This document shows, one piece after another, positions 25,630 through 38,290 of a DNA stretch of 64,000 nucleotides; position 1 is the first letter of the stretch; every line of letters begins with the position of its first letter. Origin of the DNA: Mobula hypostoma (Eukaryota). A model generated the notes under the pieces. It was not told the origin of the DNA, ran no database searches, and was given only the letters and a program-made list of their open reading frames with translations. The stretch is taken from positions 90,832,001-90,896,000 of the forward strand of contig NC_086097.1 in NCBI RefSeq assembly GCF_963921235.1, written 5' to 3'. The translations under genes and the position numbers were made by a program.

Positions 25630-27021
25630 CCCACGTGCATCCTTTCAGGACCTGGAGTTAAGTAGGTATTGTTGGGCTGAGCAGAGAGCTGTTGCTCACT
25701 GAATTGTATCAGAGCAGGCTCTTGTGTGTTTAATAGAATAGTGCAGGGGAATCTTTGCATTTAACCAGTGATATGGCAATGTCTTACGGTTTCAAAGGTA
25801 CATTTACTGTCAGAGAAATGTATACAATATACATCCTGAAATGCTTTTTCTTCACGACCATCCACAAAAACAGAGGAGCGCCCCCAAAGAATGAATGACA
25901 GTTAAATGTTAGAACCCCAAAGCTCCCCACTCCCCACTCCTGCGTGTATGCAGCAGCAAGCAACGATCACTCTCCCCCCATCGTCAAAAAAAACCATCGG
26001 CACCCGCCACCGAGCACTTAAGCATGAACAAAGCACCATAAAATACACAGACTTGCAGTACCCCAAAGACTACTCGTTCACCCGGTATTCGACATAACAT
26101 AGGCTCTCTCTCTCTCTCTCTCTAATAAGGGAAAAAGAGATGCATCCATTTCACAGTGAGATTGGAGATATAACAAACAACACGCTGATTTACAATGTTA
26201 AAAGTCCGTTGCGTCACTTTTTCCGAGCCCTGTGCCCAAAGATCTCAGGTCCCTGGGCTCACAGCCACAGATCTTCTGTCTCCAATGACACACTGATCTC
26301 CTGCAGAGGCAGTGACCTCCGATTCCCCCCATCTCCAGAGCCACGAAATCGCGGTCCTTCGAAACAGGGAAAGAAAGAGGTATGATAGATGTACTATAAT
26401 GTAGAAAGCAACACACACAAAATGCTGAAGGAACTCAGCAGGACAGGCAGCATCTATGGAAAAGAATATAGTCGAAGGTTTTCAGCCCAAAACATTGACT
26501 GTACTTTTTTCCATAGATGCTGCCTGGCCTGCTGGGTTCCTTCAGCATTTTGTGTGTGTTGCTCAGATTTCCAGCATCTGCAGATTTTCTCTTGTTTATA
26601 ATATAGAAGGTGTAGCTTCTGAAGTTTTAAAAATAAAAATGAAATAATGAAATTCAGGAAATGCTGAAAACACTCAGCACTCAGTCTAAAACCTGGAATC
26701 TTTCACAGATCGGGGGGAGCTGGTAGGGGGCTTTGGGATTCTAACATTTAACTGTCATTCATTCTTTGGGGCACTCCTCGGTTTTTCGTGGATGGTTGTG
26801 AAGAAAAAGCATTTCAGGATGTATATTGTATACATTTCTCTGACATTAAATGTACCTTTGAAATCATAAGACATTGCCATATCACTGGTTAAATGCAAAG
26901 ATCCCCCTGCACTATCCTATTAAACATGCAAGGGCCTGCTGATACAATTCAGTGAGCAACAGCTCTCTGCTCAGCCCAACAATACCTACTTAACTCCAGG
27001 TCCTGAAAGGATACATGTGGG
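25630..27021. repeat. Second, overlapping inverted duplication: about 25630-25935 versus 26715-27021
   Basis: The 160-bp segment 25630-25790 is the reverse complement of 26863-27021; each adjoins the same retroposon tail. Confidence 0.93.
25790..26386 (-). mobile_element. Non-autonomous retroposon with 'cattaaatgtacctttgaaa'-type LINE tail
   Basis: The tail segment recurs at 24639-24790 and 26711-26863, and is related to the 28858-29000 tail. Confidence 0.65.
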
Positions 27022-27849
27022 ATTCTCAGTGCAATATATCAGCTTCCCAAGGGCAGCTGTTCTTGGCGAAGAGTTAACCAGAGGCTGCTAGTGCACATTG
27101 ATTTGTGTGAGCCTGTGTAATTGATCCATCCAACAGGAATAGAAACTGTCTCAAGATCTCTGTGACACACTTTGGAAAGGCTTTTATTCAGCAACGTGGG
27201 GGTGAACCTACAGGATGTGAACTCAGCATACACACAGTAACTATTTAGGTGAACAGCCTTAAGCATTAAATGTTTCTGTATAAATATGACAGGATAAATC
27301 ATATGTCTTGGGTTATAATAGGCTTCAGCTGCCAAGCAATTGCTTTAAAAACTCTTGTGGGAATATTAATTATTGTTTTCAATCTCCAACAACACAGAAT
27401 CCTTTTCTTAGATTGTTCCTCCTTGAGTCTACAAAGGTTCTGGGGTTGCCTTTCCAATGCACTGTAACGCTTTAATAGCATTTTTCTGACATGTTGATTG
27501 TAACTTGTGAAGTAAATCTACAGCCTATTGTAGAAAGCCATGGTGACACTATGCAACAGAGCAGAGTAATGTATTGTATAAAGCTACACATTAGGTCCTC
27601 ATTTCTACTTCTCAAAGTATGGTCCTGGTTGGCACATCAAGAGGCAGGCTGGGCCTGAAGAAAACCTTTGTGGGAATTAGAAAGATGACCCAATAATTAT
27701 TCTTTTCTCTTATTTGATACTGCAGTTCAGGTACCCATTTAACACAAAATACAAATCTTAATTTGGAATTTTTAAAACTTAACCATGCACAATGGTTGTT
27801 TGGTTTACTTAGGCTGAGGGAAAGACCCAGCATGCAGGCCAAGAACAAC

Positions 27850-28845
27850 CAGATAGAAGGAGTCCACTCAGTCCTGCCTGTCTACTCTTGTTTTCTGTCA
27901 GAACAACTCACTATTTCTAACCTCAGCTCTTTTCTATAATCTTTACATTTTTTATCCATCATATTTTTATCCATTTCTCTCTTGAAGGCTTCAATGGGAC
28001 CTGCCTCCACCACATCTGCAGGTGGTGCACTCAATATTCCATTTGCACACTGCATAAGAAAAGATTTTCCTCATTTCATTCTTAATTCTCTGCTCATTTT
28101 CTCTAGGTGCTTGATCTCTAGTCCCGCAGGAACAGCTTCCAATTACCCAATATGTCCAGACATTTCATCAGTTTATAAACTTCTATAAAATTTTCATCTA
28201 GACTAATCTCTATACATAAAAAAGAGCTTCCCTGTTCTTTCCTTGTAGCTGTACTTGCTCATCCCAGGAACTATTATTGTAAATCTTCTCCAAGTTCTCT
28301 CTAATGCCTGCACATCATTCCTATTGTGGCAATCAGAAATGATCACAATACTCCCAGGTTTTGTAAAGGTTCAGTATAACTTCCCTGCTTTTGTACGCTA
28401 CACCTCTATTAGTACAGCCAAGAAATATTAACATCTTCCTTAATGCTTTCTTGACCAACTTATAATGATTGCTTCACACATATTTTGAAGTCCCTCAGCT
28501 GCTGTAATCCTTTTAGAACAGCTAAGCCTTAAAAACCTTATTGTAATCAATGTACACCATCTCTGATGCATTACCCCGTCAGCTCTATTTGTTCTCTTAT
28601 TAAGAACTTCAGTCAAATTGATTAAACACAATTTGTCCATACAAATCCATGTTGGCTTGCTTTAATTAATCCATTTTTATCCAGATGACTATTATCTTGG
28701 TCACTGTTTCCCTGTATACAAAGAATACGGGAAGATCACTGTTAGTACCCACACAATTTCTTTGCATACATCCCTCAAAATGTGATGATACATTTACTCC
28801 AGTCCTGATGCCTTATTTACATGAAGTCCAGCCAACGTTTCTAAT
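27850..28845 (-). mobile_element. Highly degraded CR1 fragments
   Basis: Decayed 3' UTR, ORF2 C-terminus and 'CL.NL.E' RT motif. Confidence 0.55.
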
Positions 28846-28851
28846 ACCTTG

Positions 28852-29620
28852 AAATGGTTCAAATGGTTTGATTTAATATCAGAGAATGTTTGCGGTATAT
28901 AACCTGAACTTTTTATTCTTCACAGACAAGAAGCCCCAAAGAATGAATGATAAAAACATTGACCCTCCCCCTCCTCTCCCCCCACTTGTGCCAGCTGAAG
29001 CAACCCCCCCTCCACCATGCAGCAATAGCAAAAGCCCTTCAAAGAGACCTCAATCCAGAGTCTGTCAAAAACTACAGTCCATAACCCAGCACTTTGGTAT
29101 CTCAGACAGGCTTTCTCTTTCCATCCAGGGAGAGAGAGATCGCTCCTGCAGCAATGAGAGTGGAGACCAGAGGTCGCTGTTCCGATGTTACAATCCTCTG
29201 TGTCGCTTCTCCAGTCCCCTCTCTTGGAGACTGTCAGACTCTTACTCTCTATCGAGACGGAGAGAGAGAGAGGGTTCACTGGAATATAGAGGCATTCTTC
29301 CGACAGCAGCACGATGTTTCGATGTTTCGGTCTCCCACAACGCTTCAGGTGGCGAGTACAGCGAGGATCCGAGTTGTCCACGGGGCTGCTCTCTGAAGGC
29401 ACACATCTTCCAGGCCATTCCTGGAGATAGCAGAATGGCAGACCCCATAGCTGGTCCAAAAACCCACCGCTATGAAGAACTGTACTTTGAACTGTAGATC
29501 ACGGATTCCGCCAGAACCCCATCCACCTTGAAAGGAGAAGAAAGCCATGAGGGAAGAGAAATAAGTGGTTTCGTGAACGAACTGGAAGAAGTCTGCAAAA
29601 ACTGTTGGCGCCATCTTTCC
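28852..29620 (-). mobile_element. Non-autonomous retroposon, full length
   Basis: 5' GGAAAGATGGCG (reverse complement of 29609-29620); 3' tail 'ctgatattaaatcaaaccatttgaaccattt'. Confidence 0.7.
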
Positions 29621-30322
29621 TAGCTCCCTCCTCCCTGGTTCAGGTTATGCAGTGTGGTTGGTATGGACAAACCGGGCTGAAGAACTTGTTTCTGTGTTGT
29701 ATAACTATTGCTCTTCTTGGCAGGAACTTCGATCCAGTGCTCTCAGCCTGTTCATGTGCCGTGAATGGACTTCAGTAGTGTCAGGAGGCAGCTGAGAAAG
29801 TTCAGCCACTCGACATTTCTGACTGAACGTGGTTACAAATGCTGCAGATATGTTGTTATGCTCAGACGTTGAGGATGGAGACATTCCTGGAGCCTCCTTT
29901 TCCCATCAACTATTTAATTTCCTTCTGACATTGTGAACTCCGTGTGGCGGAACTGTAGAATTTTGATCTGCCGCGTCGGTGGTCAGACCACTTAGCTCTC
30001 TTTATTGCATGATGTCTTTTCCAGTTAGAACACACAGTCTCACCTTTAAATGTGTCCACTGTTGCTCCTGTCATGTTGTTGAGCACTTCTCGTGGAACAG
30101 GAGTTCATCCGTTGACTTGAAAGCAGCAGAAGGGTGGGAAATATGCCAGACCATGTAGTTACAAATTGTGGTAGAACACAATTCTTCTGCTGGTGCAGAT
30201 CATCTCCAGGAATTACAAATGACCAACTTCAGTGTATCTCTGCGTATGAATAAGTTCCAAATGATTAAACCCACAAGTCTAATGTATGAACATATGCTTA
30301 GTTCTGTAAACAACAGAAATTG

Positions 30323-30356
<34 letters not shown>

Positions 30357-30369
30357 ATACTTACAGTAA

Positions 30370-30712
30370 TTTTTCTTCCTTACAGGGTCATATAGCATCG
30401 AAGTAGGCCGTTTGGCCCAACTGGTCTGGACATATTGACCAAGGATCCAGCTGGGCTAATCAAATTTGCTTCCATTTGGTCCGCATCCCTTTAAACATTG
30501 CCTGTCCGTGTATCTGTTCAAGTACCTTTTAAGTGTATATACTCAACCGCTTCCTCTGGTAATTCATTCTGACCACCCTCTCGGTGAAAATGTTACCCCT
30601 CAAGTTCCTAGTACATCTCTCTTCTCTCATCTTAAGCCCATGCCTTCTGGTTTGTTACTCCACAGCTCTGGGAAAAAAAGACTGGGCATGTTGACCCTAT
30701 TTATGCCCCTCA
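30370..30712 (-). mobile_element. Old CR1 3' fragment
   Basis: Decayed 3' UTR and 'RGH..K.RGE.....LRG..F' region. Confidence 0.6.
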
Positions 30713-31043
30713 GGTGCTTTAGGTGTCATTCATTGCAGTGCTATGGAGGTACGGTTATCACATCAAGACATTTTTGTGCATTTTCTGACTGATGAACAGA
30801 ATCAACTGATGGACATTTGTAGAACACATAATGGCCAAAAGGATGCTCGCTGTTTCAGAACTATTGGTCATACTAAAACTTTTTATAGCTTTGCACATCA
30901 CCTACCCCTTATATTCCTGTCTTCCATAGTTAAGCCAGCATTCCATTTAACTTTTCAATAGTTTATGCACCTAGCCATAATAGTTTTACTGACATAGTTT
31001 TGGGTTGTTCCAGCTTTAGATATTGGTCATCCACCCTTTGACA

Positions 31044-31147
31044 GGTCTTGTTTTTCATCCTGCAGGGTGTCTAGCCACCCTCCTCAGCAGGCAAGCTTGG
31101 TGAGGGAGCCAGTTTAGTCGCTGACCAGCCGACCATGCGACAGGTAG
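31044..31147 (+). ncRNA. Decayed HDV-like self-cleaving ribozyme
   Basis: Elements occur in the order P1-P2-P3-L3(UCCUC..)-P3'-P1'-GG-P4-CGA-P2', matching HDV topology; most mismatches are CG>CA changes. Confidence 0.55.
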
Positions 31148-31457
31148 TACTGGGTTACATGGTACCAGTAGCACTCAGACGAGTGACCTGACTGTCAAAG
31201 GGCGGATAAACCCTCTCGTAGGGTCAACGGCCATCTAGCAAACACTTGCATCGAAGCTTGGTCTGGCCATTGACTGCAACAGAACCTCCCCCAGCCATCT
31301 TGGACCCCACAATGCCACTGGATCTGGGAGGGGATGTCGAGAGGGTGGGTCTGGACCTATGCAACCCCCTACTCACCTAAAATCCATTCACGCACACGCT
31401 GTTCCTTTCTGAGGAGTGGGGTATCCCCACTAACTGACTGAAAGGAACCATCATCAT
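31044..31457 (+). mobile_element. Short non-coding retroposon with (CAT)n tail, possibly RTE-type
   Basis: GC-rich block in AT-rich surroundings, ending 'aaggaaccatcatcatc', with a structured 5' end. Confidence 0.55.
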
Positions 31458-32999
31458 CCTATGGGATGGACAGCCAGAGAGAGAGGTATTGGTATAGGCT
31501 TATTATTGCCACAGTGAAAAGCTTGCCTTACCAACTGTTCGTGACACAGAGCATTGAGCTAGAATAAAGTAAAACAATAACAATGTAGAATAAAGGGTAA
31601 AATCTACCAAAGAAGGGCAGTGCAGATAAATGATAGATGAACAATAGAGTCTTTTTTTTTCTGTCATGGTTTGGTCTGAAGCAGACAACCACAAGGCTAT
31701 TTGCCGCACCCTTTGTCTGTTTTTTTTAAATCCTAGAAATGTCAGAATGAAAACCAGAATCATGTTTAATATCACTGAAATATAGTATGCCATGAAATGT
31801 GTTGTCTTGCAGCAGCAGTACAGTGCAATATGTAACAAAAGCTGTAAATTACAATAAGCAATACTTACACTGTTTAGAAATTAAATTAAATTAAATTAAA
31901 TAAGTAGTGCAAAATATTTCCTTTCCATTTCTCAATTCCAACAAGGTCAGCAGCATCCATCCACTACCTTGTGCAGTGACTGATCAAAGGCACCATTTCA
32001 ACACAGACACGGTGTCACATCCTATCCCAGCTACAGCCCTCTCTTTGAATATCTATTCAGGCTACATTCCCCCAGACTGCGTTACTCCATTTCTTCCAGT
32101 TCTTCCCCTCTGCCAGCCTGCAAAACAAAAATAAGACAGAGATTCTACTATTTGCAAAGTATAAATGAGCTCTGGGAGCATGTTTGGGTTTGTAATTGGT
32201 CTGAATATTCCAATGCCATGGAAACCATGGACAATGATGTCAAGGGATTACAAGGTATAATACAATCTCAGCTGCTGTTTATTCCAGGTGAGTTCAAGGA
32301 ATAAAACATATGTTGTATCTGTGATATTTTATAACTTGTTTTGTTTGCAGCTACCCAGAAATCCTTACTGCGATGAAGTACTGGCTATTGCACTTCAGAT
32401 CTGGAAATCTTTAAGGAGGTAATGAGGGACAATTATCTTCTGTTTGAACTAAAATATTGTCAAGTGGATTTCTTGCATTCAATTCTATTGGAGCTAGTAT
32501 ATCAAGCATCACAAATGCCGAGGGAAACTCTTACAGTAATGCTGAGATTCTTAGCTCTACTCTGCTACCTTCTCAGCCCAGGGGATTAGATGAATCTCTT
32601 ACAATACCATACGTCAAACTCTTGCTTTGGAAATTCGTAGCCTCATTTGTGAAGACCTATAATTGACTAGAAATTGAAATGAACCTGCTTAGGGGCATTA
32701 ACAGACTAGTTTTCTGATAGGTCGATGATCCTTTCATTCAAGGATGCACCTTTGGTGAGTTCTGTAGGGCACAAAGTGCTGGGTGCCCACACTACTAAAT
32801 ACAATCAAAGGCATTTCCCTTGAGTATTTTGCCTTGGGGAGTGGGCAAGGTAAATTGGGTAAATTAGGAAAAGGTAAATAAAAACAGTGCTGGGATAAAC
32901 TTCATGAAGGTTCAAATGGTCAGGATGTTGGGGGGACATGTGAGTCAGAGGTGGTGGAATTTGACAGACAGGAGGCAAAAGAGACTGGGTTCTGAAATA

Positions 33000-33235
33000 T
33001 GGACCAAAAAATAAACAACTGGAAGAACCCAGTTCGTCAAGCAGTATCTGTGGAGGCAATGGGATGGTCAACATTTCAAGTCAAGACCCTATATTAGGAC
33101 TGACAGTTTAGAAGGAAGATAACCAGTACATACAGTAGATGTGAGAGGCAGGGTTGAAACAAAGTCTGTTGGCAGATAGGTAGAAACAGCTGAGAGGGAC
33201 TCATGGGCAAATGGACCCAGGTGGAGGAGAACATG
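33000..33235 (-). mobile_element. Old Penelope-like terminus with degenerate hammerhead region
   Basis: Reverse complement of 33066-33102 reads cagtc-ctaatata-gggtcttgactt-gaaa-tgtt-gacc; flanks resemble the other pseudo-LTRs. Confidence 0.5.
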
Positions 33236-33714
33236 TGCATATCCTCCATGTCTGTTCTCACAGTCCCTCTGTTCCAGACAAAACAGAAATAAAATTTAAC
33301 TGGCCTTTTCCTTTCACCTCACTCTTTTTTGTCAGTGATAAACCTAATTCTCTTGCTCAAAATTAGGAAGAATATTATTAGGTTGTCATGTATGTGGGAG
33401 GTCCTTGCTCTAGAAATAATTTCTGTGTTTTCTATATTACAATATAAACTACAGTATAAATAGAGAACAAATTCCCACATTCCCATCCCACTTGTCTCTC
33501 CAGCCCCACCAGAGGCAGAGACTGTGAATCCGTCAGCCAGCTCGGTCTGATGAAAGCAGGCCGTTATGCATCCCAAGGGACTGCCTATGAGGGAAGACAA
33601 CGGGACTGAGAAAAGCTCTCATTATTATTCTGTTGGGAAGAATTTCAAGTGTCTGAGGGTGTTGAAGGTACCAGGGCAAATCTGGCCACTGGTTATGCAG
33701 AACATTTTTCTTCA

Positions 33715-34880
33715 CACACAGGAGATTAGTGTGCAAACTTAAAGCACACGGTATTGGGGGTAAGGTATTGGTGTGGGTGGAGAATTGGTTAGCAGACAGG
33801 AAGCAAAGAGTGGGAATAAACGGGACCTTTTCAGAATGGCAGGCGGTGACTAGTGGGGTACCGCAAGGCTCAGTGCTGGGACCTCAGTTGTTTACAATAT
33901 ATATTAATGACTTGGATGAGGGAATTAAATGCAGCATCTCCAATTTTGCGGATGACACGAAGCTGGGTGGCAGAGTTAGCTGTGAGGAGGATGCTAAGAG
34001 GATGCAGGGTGACTTGGATAGGTTGGGTGAGTGCGCAAATTCATGGCAGATGCAATTTAATGTGGATAAATGTGAAGTTATCCACTTTGGTGGCAAAAAT
34101 AGGAAAACAGATTATTATCTGAATGGTGGCCGATTAGGAAAAGGGGAGGTGCAACGGGACCTGGGTGTCATTATACACCAGTCATTGAACGTGGGCATGC
34201 AGGTACAGCAGGCAGTGAAAAAGGCGAATGGTATGCTGGCATTTATAGTGAGAGGATTCGAGTACAGGAGCAGGGAGATACTACTGCAGTTGTACAAGGC
34301 CTTGGTGAGACCACACCTGGAGTATTGTGTGCAGTTTTGGTCCCCTAATCTGAGGAAAGACATTCTTGCCATAGAGGGAGTACAAAGAAGGTTCACCAGT
34401 TTGATTCCTGGGATGGCAAGACTTTCATATGAAGAAAGACTGGATGAACTGGGTTTGTACTCGTTGGAATTTAGAAGATTGAGGGGGGATCTGATTGAAA
34501 CGTATAAGATCCTAAAGGGATTGGACAGGCTAGATGCAGGAAGATTGTTCCCAATGTTGGGGAAGTCCAGAACGAGGGGCCACAGTTTGAGGATAGAGGG
34601 GAAGCCTTTTAGGACCGAGATTAGGAAAAACTTCTTCACACAAAGAGTGGTGAATCTGTGGAATTCTCTGCCACAGGAAACAGTTGAGGCCAGTTCATTG
34701 GCTATATTTAAGAGGGAGTTAGATATGGCCCTTGTGGCTACGGGGGTCAGGGGGTATGGAGGGAAGGCTGGGGCGGGGTTCTGAGTTGGAGGATCAGCCA
34801 TGATCATAATAAATGGCGGTGCAGGCTCGAAGGGCCGAATGGCCTACTCCTGCACCTATTTTCTATGTTTCTATGTTTCA
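33715..34880 (+). mobile_element. Young 5'-truncated CR1, same subfamily as 795-3688
   Basis: ORF 33729-34784 is almost identical to the C-terminal half of ORF 893-2992; same 3' UTR and (TTCTATGT)n tail. Confidence 0.96.
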
Positions 34881-36174
34881 AGCTCCAAAGCGTCTTCTAT
34901 CAATCATTGTAAATTCATGCCCCACCATCCAGTGGAAAAGGAATAATTCAGAATTTAACCCTGCCTAGGTATTGCCTGTATACAAAGCACCAGTAAGAAG
35001 GCAGCAGGTTGCCGGTGTGTTAGAAGTCCCTACATCAATTTTCTTAAATCACCTCTTGCTTACTGTTTGCTGCGTTGTCAGGCCCTTAACCTCATTTTCT
35101 TGCTGAGTACCTGTACGATGTCTTTGTATAAAAGGCATTCCTTAAATAGAAACTGTGAGTTGCTCTCTGCTTGACACTGAAAGCTCTCTTATAAACTTGT
35201 CTGCTGGTCTGATTTAATGTATATTTAATGCAGAATGAATGTTGAAGGCAAAATTTTGAACTTAGCTTGATAGTAAATTGGTTTTATCAAGGCAATGGTT
35301 CTGAAACAAGGCTGTCATCACTTATAAAGACGCCCCACGACGCACAGCACAAAAAGCTGTTTTCTGTCACTAATAATCCGTTGCAAACCATCCCACCTAT
35401 TGTTAGGTACCTCCTTGACATGCAAATTTGAGGAATTGCCAATCTCCTACCCACATTTATCTTATTGAGTATATACAGGAACACTGGACCTGAGGCAATC
35501 ATAAAGGTTGTAGATTTGCATCCAGGGAGACAGTGAAATGTATTCAGAAAAGGACAATAACTATTTGACACAAATTGGAGAACAACCAAGGAGGAGTGGG
35601 GAGTTACAGGGAGAAATTTGTTGCACTGTCTAAGTCCTCCCAAGGTCTGTAACTGTCCTCGTAATTGCTTACTACATTTCCAAGAAACATGCCATCTGCA
35701 AACTTTTAAATGATTCCCTGTACACTCGAGTCATTTATACATATGAAAACGTGCAATGGTCGTAACATCTCACCTCCAGGGAACGCCACTTCATGTGAAG
35801 CAGATGCAATTTAATGCAGAAAATTCTGAAGTAATTCATCTTGGCAACGAGAAAAGGGAATGCAAACCAAGTATAATATAAATATAAACCAAACAGGACT
35901 GTTTTAAAAGGCATGTAGGGAAAGAAGGAGCTCAGGTGTATAACAATGCAGGAATAAAGCTTCAGTGAGTAATACAGACGCTCATGTTTACACTGTCATT
36001 TGATAAGATACTGTGCCTTGTCCAATTCCCTCTGAACCTTTCCCTTTACTGCTTAAGAACCTGTCAATCTCAGCATTGAATATACTCAAGAATTGAGCAT
36101 GTGTCCTCTCAATTCAACGTCTACACCTCTCTGCACAAGCCCTTTACTTACCCTGAAATTTTAACTGCTAGCAG

Positions 36175-36865
36175 TAGAGTCCTTGTGCCAGACTCTCAAA
36201 AGGTTAATTTACAGGCTGAGTCTGTGGTAAAGGAGGCAAATGCAATGTTGGCATTTATTTCAAGGGGAATAGAATATAAGAACAAGGGGATAATATTGAG
36301 GCTTTATAGGACACTGGTCAGGCTGTACTTGGGAGTATTGGCAACAGTTTTGGGACCCATATCTCAAAAATGGTATGTTGTCATTGGAGAGAGTCCAGAG
36401 GAGGTTCACAAGGATGATTCCAGGAATGAAGGGGATGAGGATGTTTGGCAGCTTTGGGCCTGTACTCACTGGAATTTAGAAGAATGCGGGGGATTTCATT
36501 GAAACCTACCGAATGGTGAAAGGACTAGATAAAGTGGATGCGGAGGAGATATCTCCTGTGGTGGGGGTGCCCAGAACTAGAGGGCACAGCCTCAAAATTG
36601 AGGGGTGAACTTTAGAATAGAGGTAAGGAGGATTTTTTTTTAGCCAGAGAGTAATGAGTCTGTGGAATGCTCTGCCTCAGACTGCTGTGGAGGACAAGAC
36701 CGTGGGTATATTTAAAGTGAAAACCTATAATTTCCTGATGGGTCTGGACATCAAGGGTTATGGCAAGAAGGCAGGTATATGGGGTTGAGTGGGATCAGCC
36801 ATGTTGGAATGGCAGAGCAGACTCGATGGGCTGAATGGCCTAATTCTACTCCTATGTCTTATGGA
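36175..36865 (+). mobile_element. CR1 3' fragment
   Basis: Decayed 'ANAMLAFISRGIEYK' region continuing to a 3' UTR 'tgtcttatgg'. Confidence 0.85.
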
Positions 36866-37539
36866 TACAAACTGCCAGCTTCTACCTTGTGAATTCCTCT
36901 GAGAACCTTATTACTTTCATTGTGATCAACTCTCATTTTCTAAATTCCAATGAGCATAGGCCAAGTTTACTCCAATCCCACCTCAAGACACAGATTGCAG
37001 ATATCATTCTGGTGAATCTGATGTACCAATTCCATGGCACGCACACTCGATGTGGAGCCAACAAGACTACAAATGCACACTCTGTATTCCAAATAAAGTC
37101 TTACTCAACTCTGGCACAACTCCAGCACTCACCTGTACACTCTAACCACATCGCAATCAAGGCCACAGTTCCTTTAGCTCTCTTAATTGCCTACTGCATT
37201 CATATGTTTACTTGCTGTGTCTCCTCAGCCAGCACTCCCAGATCACTCTGCACATTTACTAGCTTCGTATTGTCTAAAAATAAACGTTTGTCTATTCATT
37301 CTTTCAAAGTGCATTTTCCCAATGATAATTTATCTCTCTACTGAGGCAAAGAGCAAGGTAATTCAGCCAACTAGGGTGATGTTAGTTCCCAGGTGAACAA
37401 TCTCATCAATCCATTGCTCTGTGGTCCTACAGCTCCCACTTTACCATTAGTTCCTCTTTGATTTGTTTTGCTCCTATGGGATCAAGATGGCCATAGCATC
37501 AAAGCTTGGTGTTATTATTTGCTTCCAGTGAGCCAGAAG

Positions 37540-37830
37540 GAGGGTGCCTGCCCCATTGAGTCGATGCTTGCTCACAAGGGAGCTTCTGTCCGTTCCACTC
37601 TCTCTCAATTTTTTCATCAGTCCCCATGTCACTAGTTTTCTCCTGCATATCCTTTTTGATTCTTCTCACCAGTAACGTGAAGAGTGATTAACCACCCTGC
37701 ACTTCTTTGCTGTGTTGGCGGAAACCAGAGCAGCCGAGGGAAATCTATGCATTCAGAGGGAGAACATGCAAGCTCTACCCAAGAACTACCAGAAGTCAGA
37801 ATTAAACCAAGGTCACTGAAACTGCATGGC
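37540..37830 (-). mobile_element. Degraded V-SINE
   Basis: Reverse V-domain 'ggaaaccagagcagccgagggaaa...gggagaacatgcaagctc'. Confidence 0.6.
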
Positions 37831-37841
37831 ACGTGGTCTTT

Positions 37842-38290
37842 AAAGTTCAAGTTCAAATGTCAAAGTACGTTTATTATCAATGTGCACGTTATACAACCTT
37901 GAGTTTCGTCTCTTTACAGGCAGCCACAGAACAAAGAATCCCCAAAACACCCATTAAAAAAATCCAACAAACACCAAATGTTCAGCAAGAGAGAAAAAGT
38001 GAATTACACAAACAATAGAAGTAAACAAACAGCTTTCAGAAGGAGAGTGAGTCCATTGACGTGAAGCCCGGAGCAGGCCCACGGCCTCAACCTCAGTGCA
38101 TCACACAGCGGACGAAAACATCGTGGAGCCTGCAGACACGAAGCCCAGAGCAGGCCGACAGCCTCAGCCTCAGTACAGTGAAGAGAGGAGCAAACATCAC
38201 GGAGAGGCAAGCAGAACTGGCCCAACTCTCACCTTTGGTCCCGACACCCTGCCTTTTCAATCCATCCAGCCTAACATTTAAATCGTCCGA
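37842..38290 (-). mobile_element. Non-autonomous retroposon with (TTGAAC)n LINE-type tail
   Basis: Tail 'aaagttcaagttcaaatgtcaaagtacgtttattatcaa', related to the tails at about 22862 and 62340-62375. Confidence 0.6.

Larger units (their letters stand above)
24639..26863. repeat. About 1-kb inverted duplication: 24639-25630 versus 25878-26863
   Basis: Arms are reverse complements at roughly 95% identity by eye; mirrored ORFs 24853-25116(-)/26389-26647(+) and 25089-25307(+)/26198-26416(-). Confidence 0.97.

Noticed and set aside
25790..26863. Possible DNA transposon with 150-bp TIRs
   Set aside because: The apparent TIRs are retroposon 3' tails, the inverted symmetry continues 160 bp into the flanks, and no TSD is evident.
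28886..29497. 203-aa proline-rich ORF
   Set aside because: It lies antisense within a GC-rich non-autonomous retroposon and has no recognisable domain.
34115..34807. 230-aa antisense ORF, and similar ones at 3032-3547, 4965-5579 and 1581-1985
   Set aside because: These are shadow frames opposite CR1 ORF2 with no independent evidence of coding.
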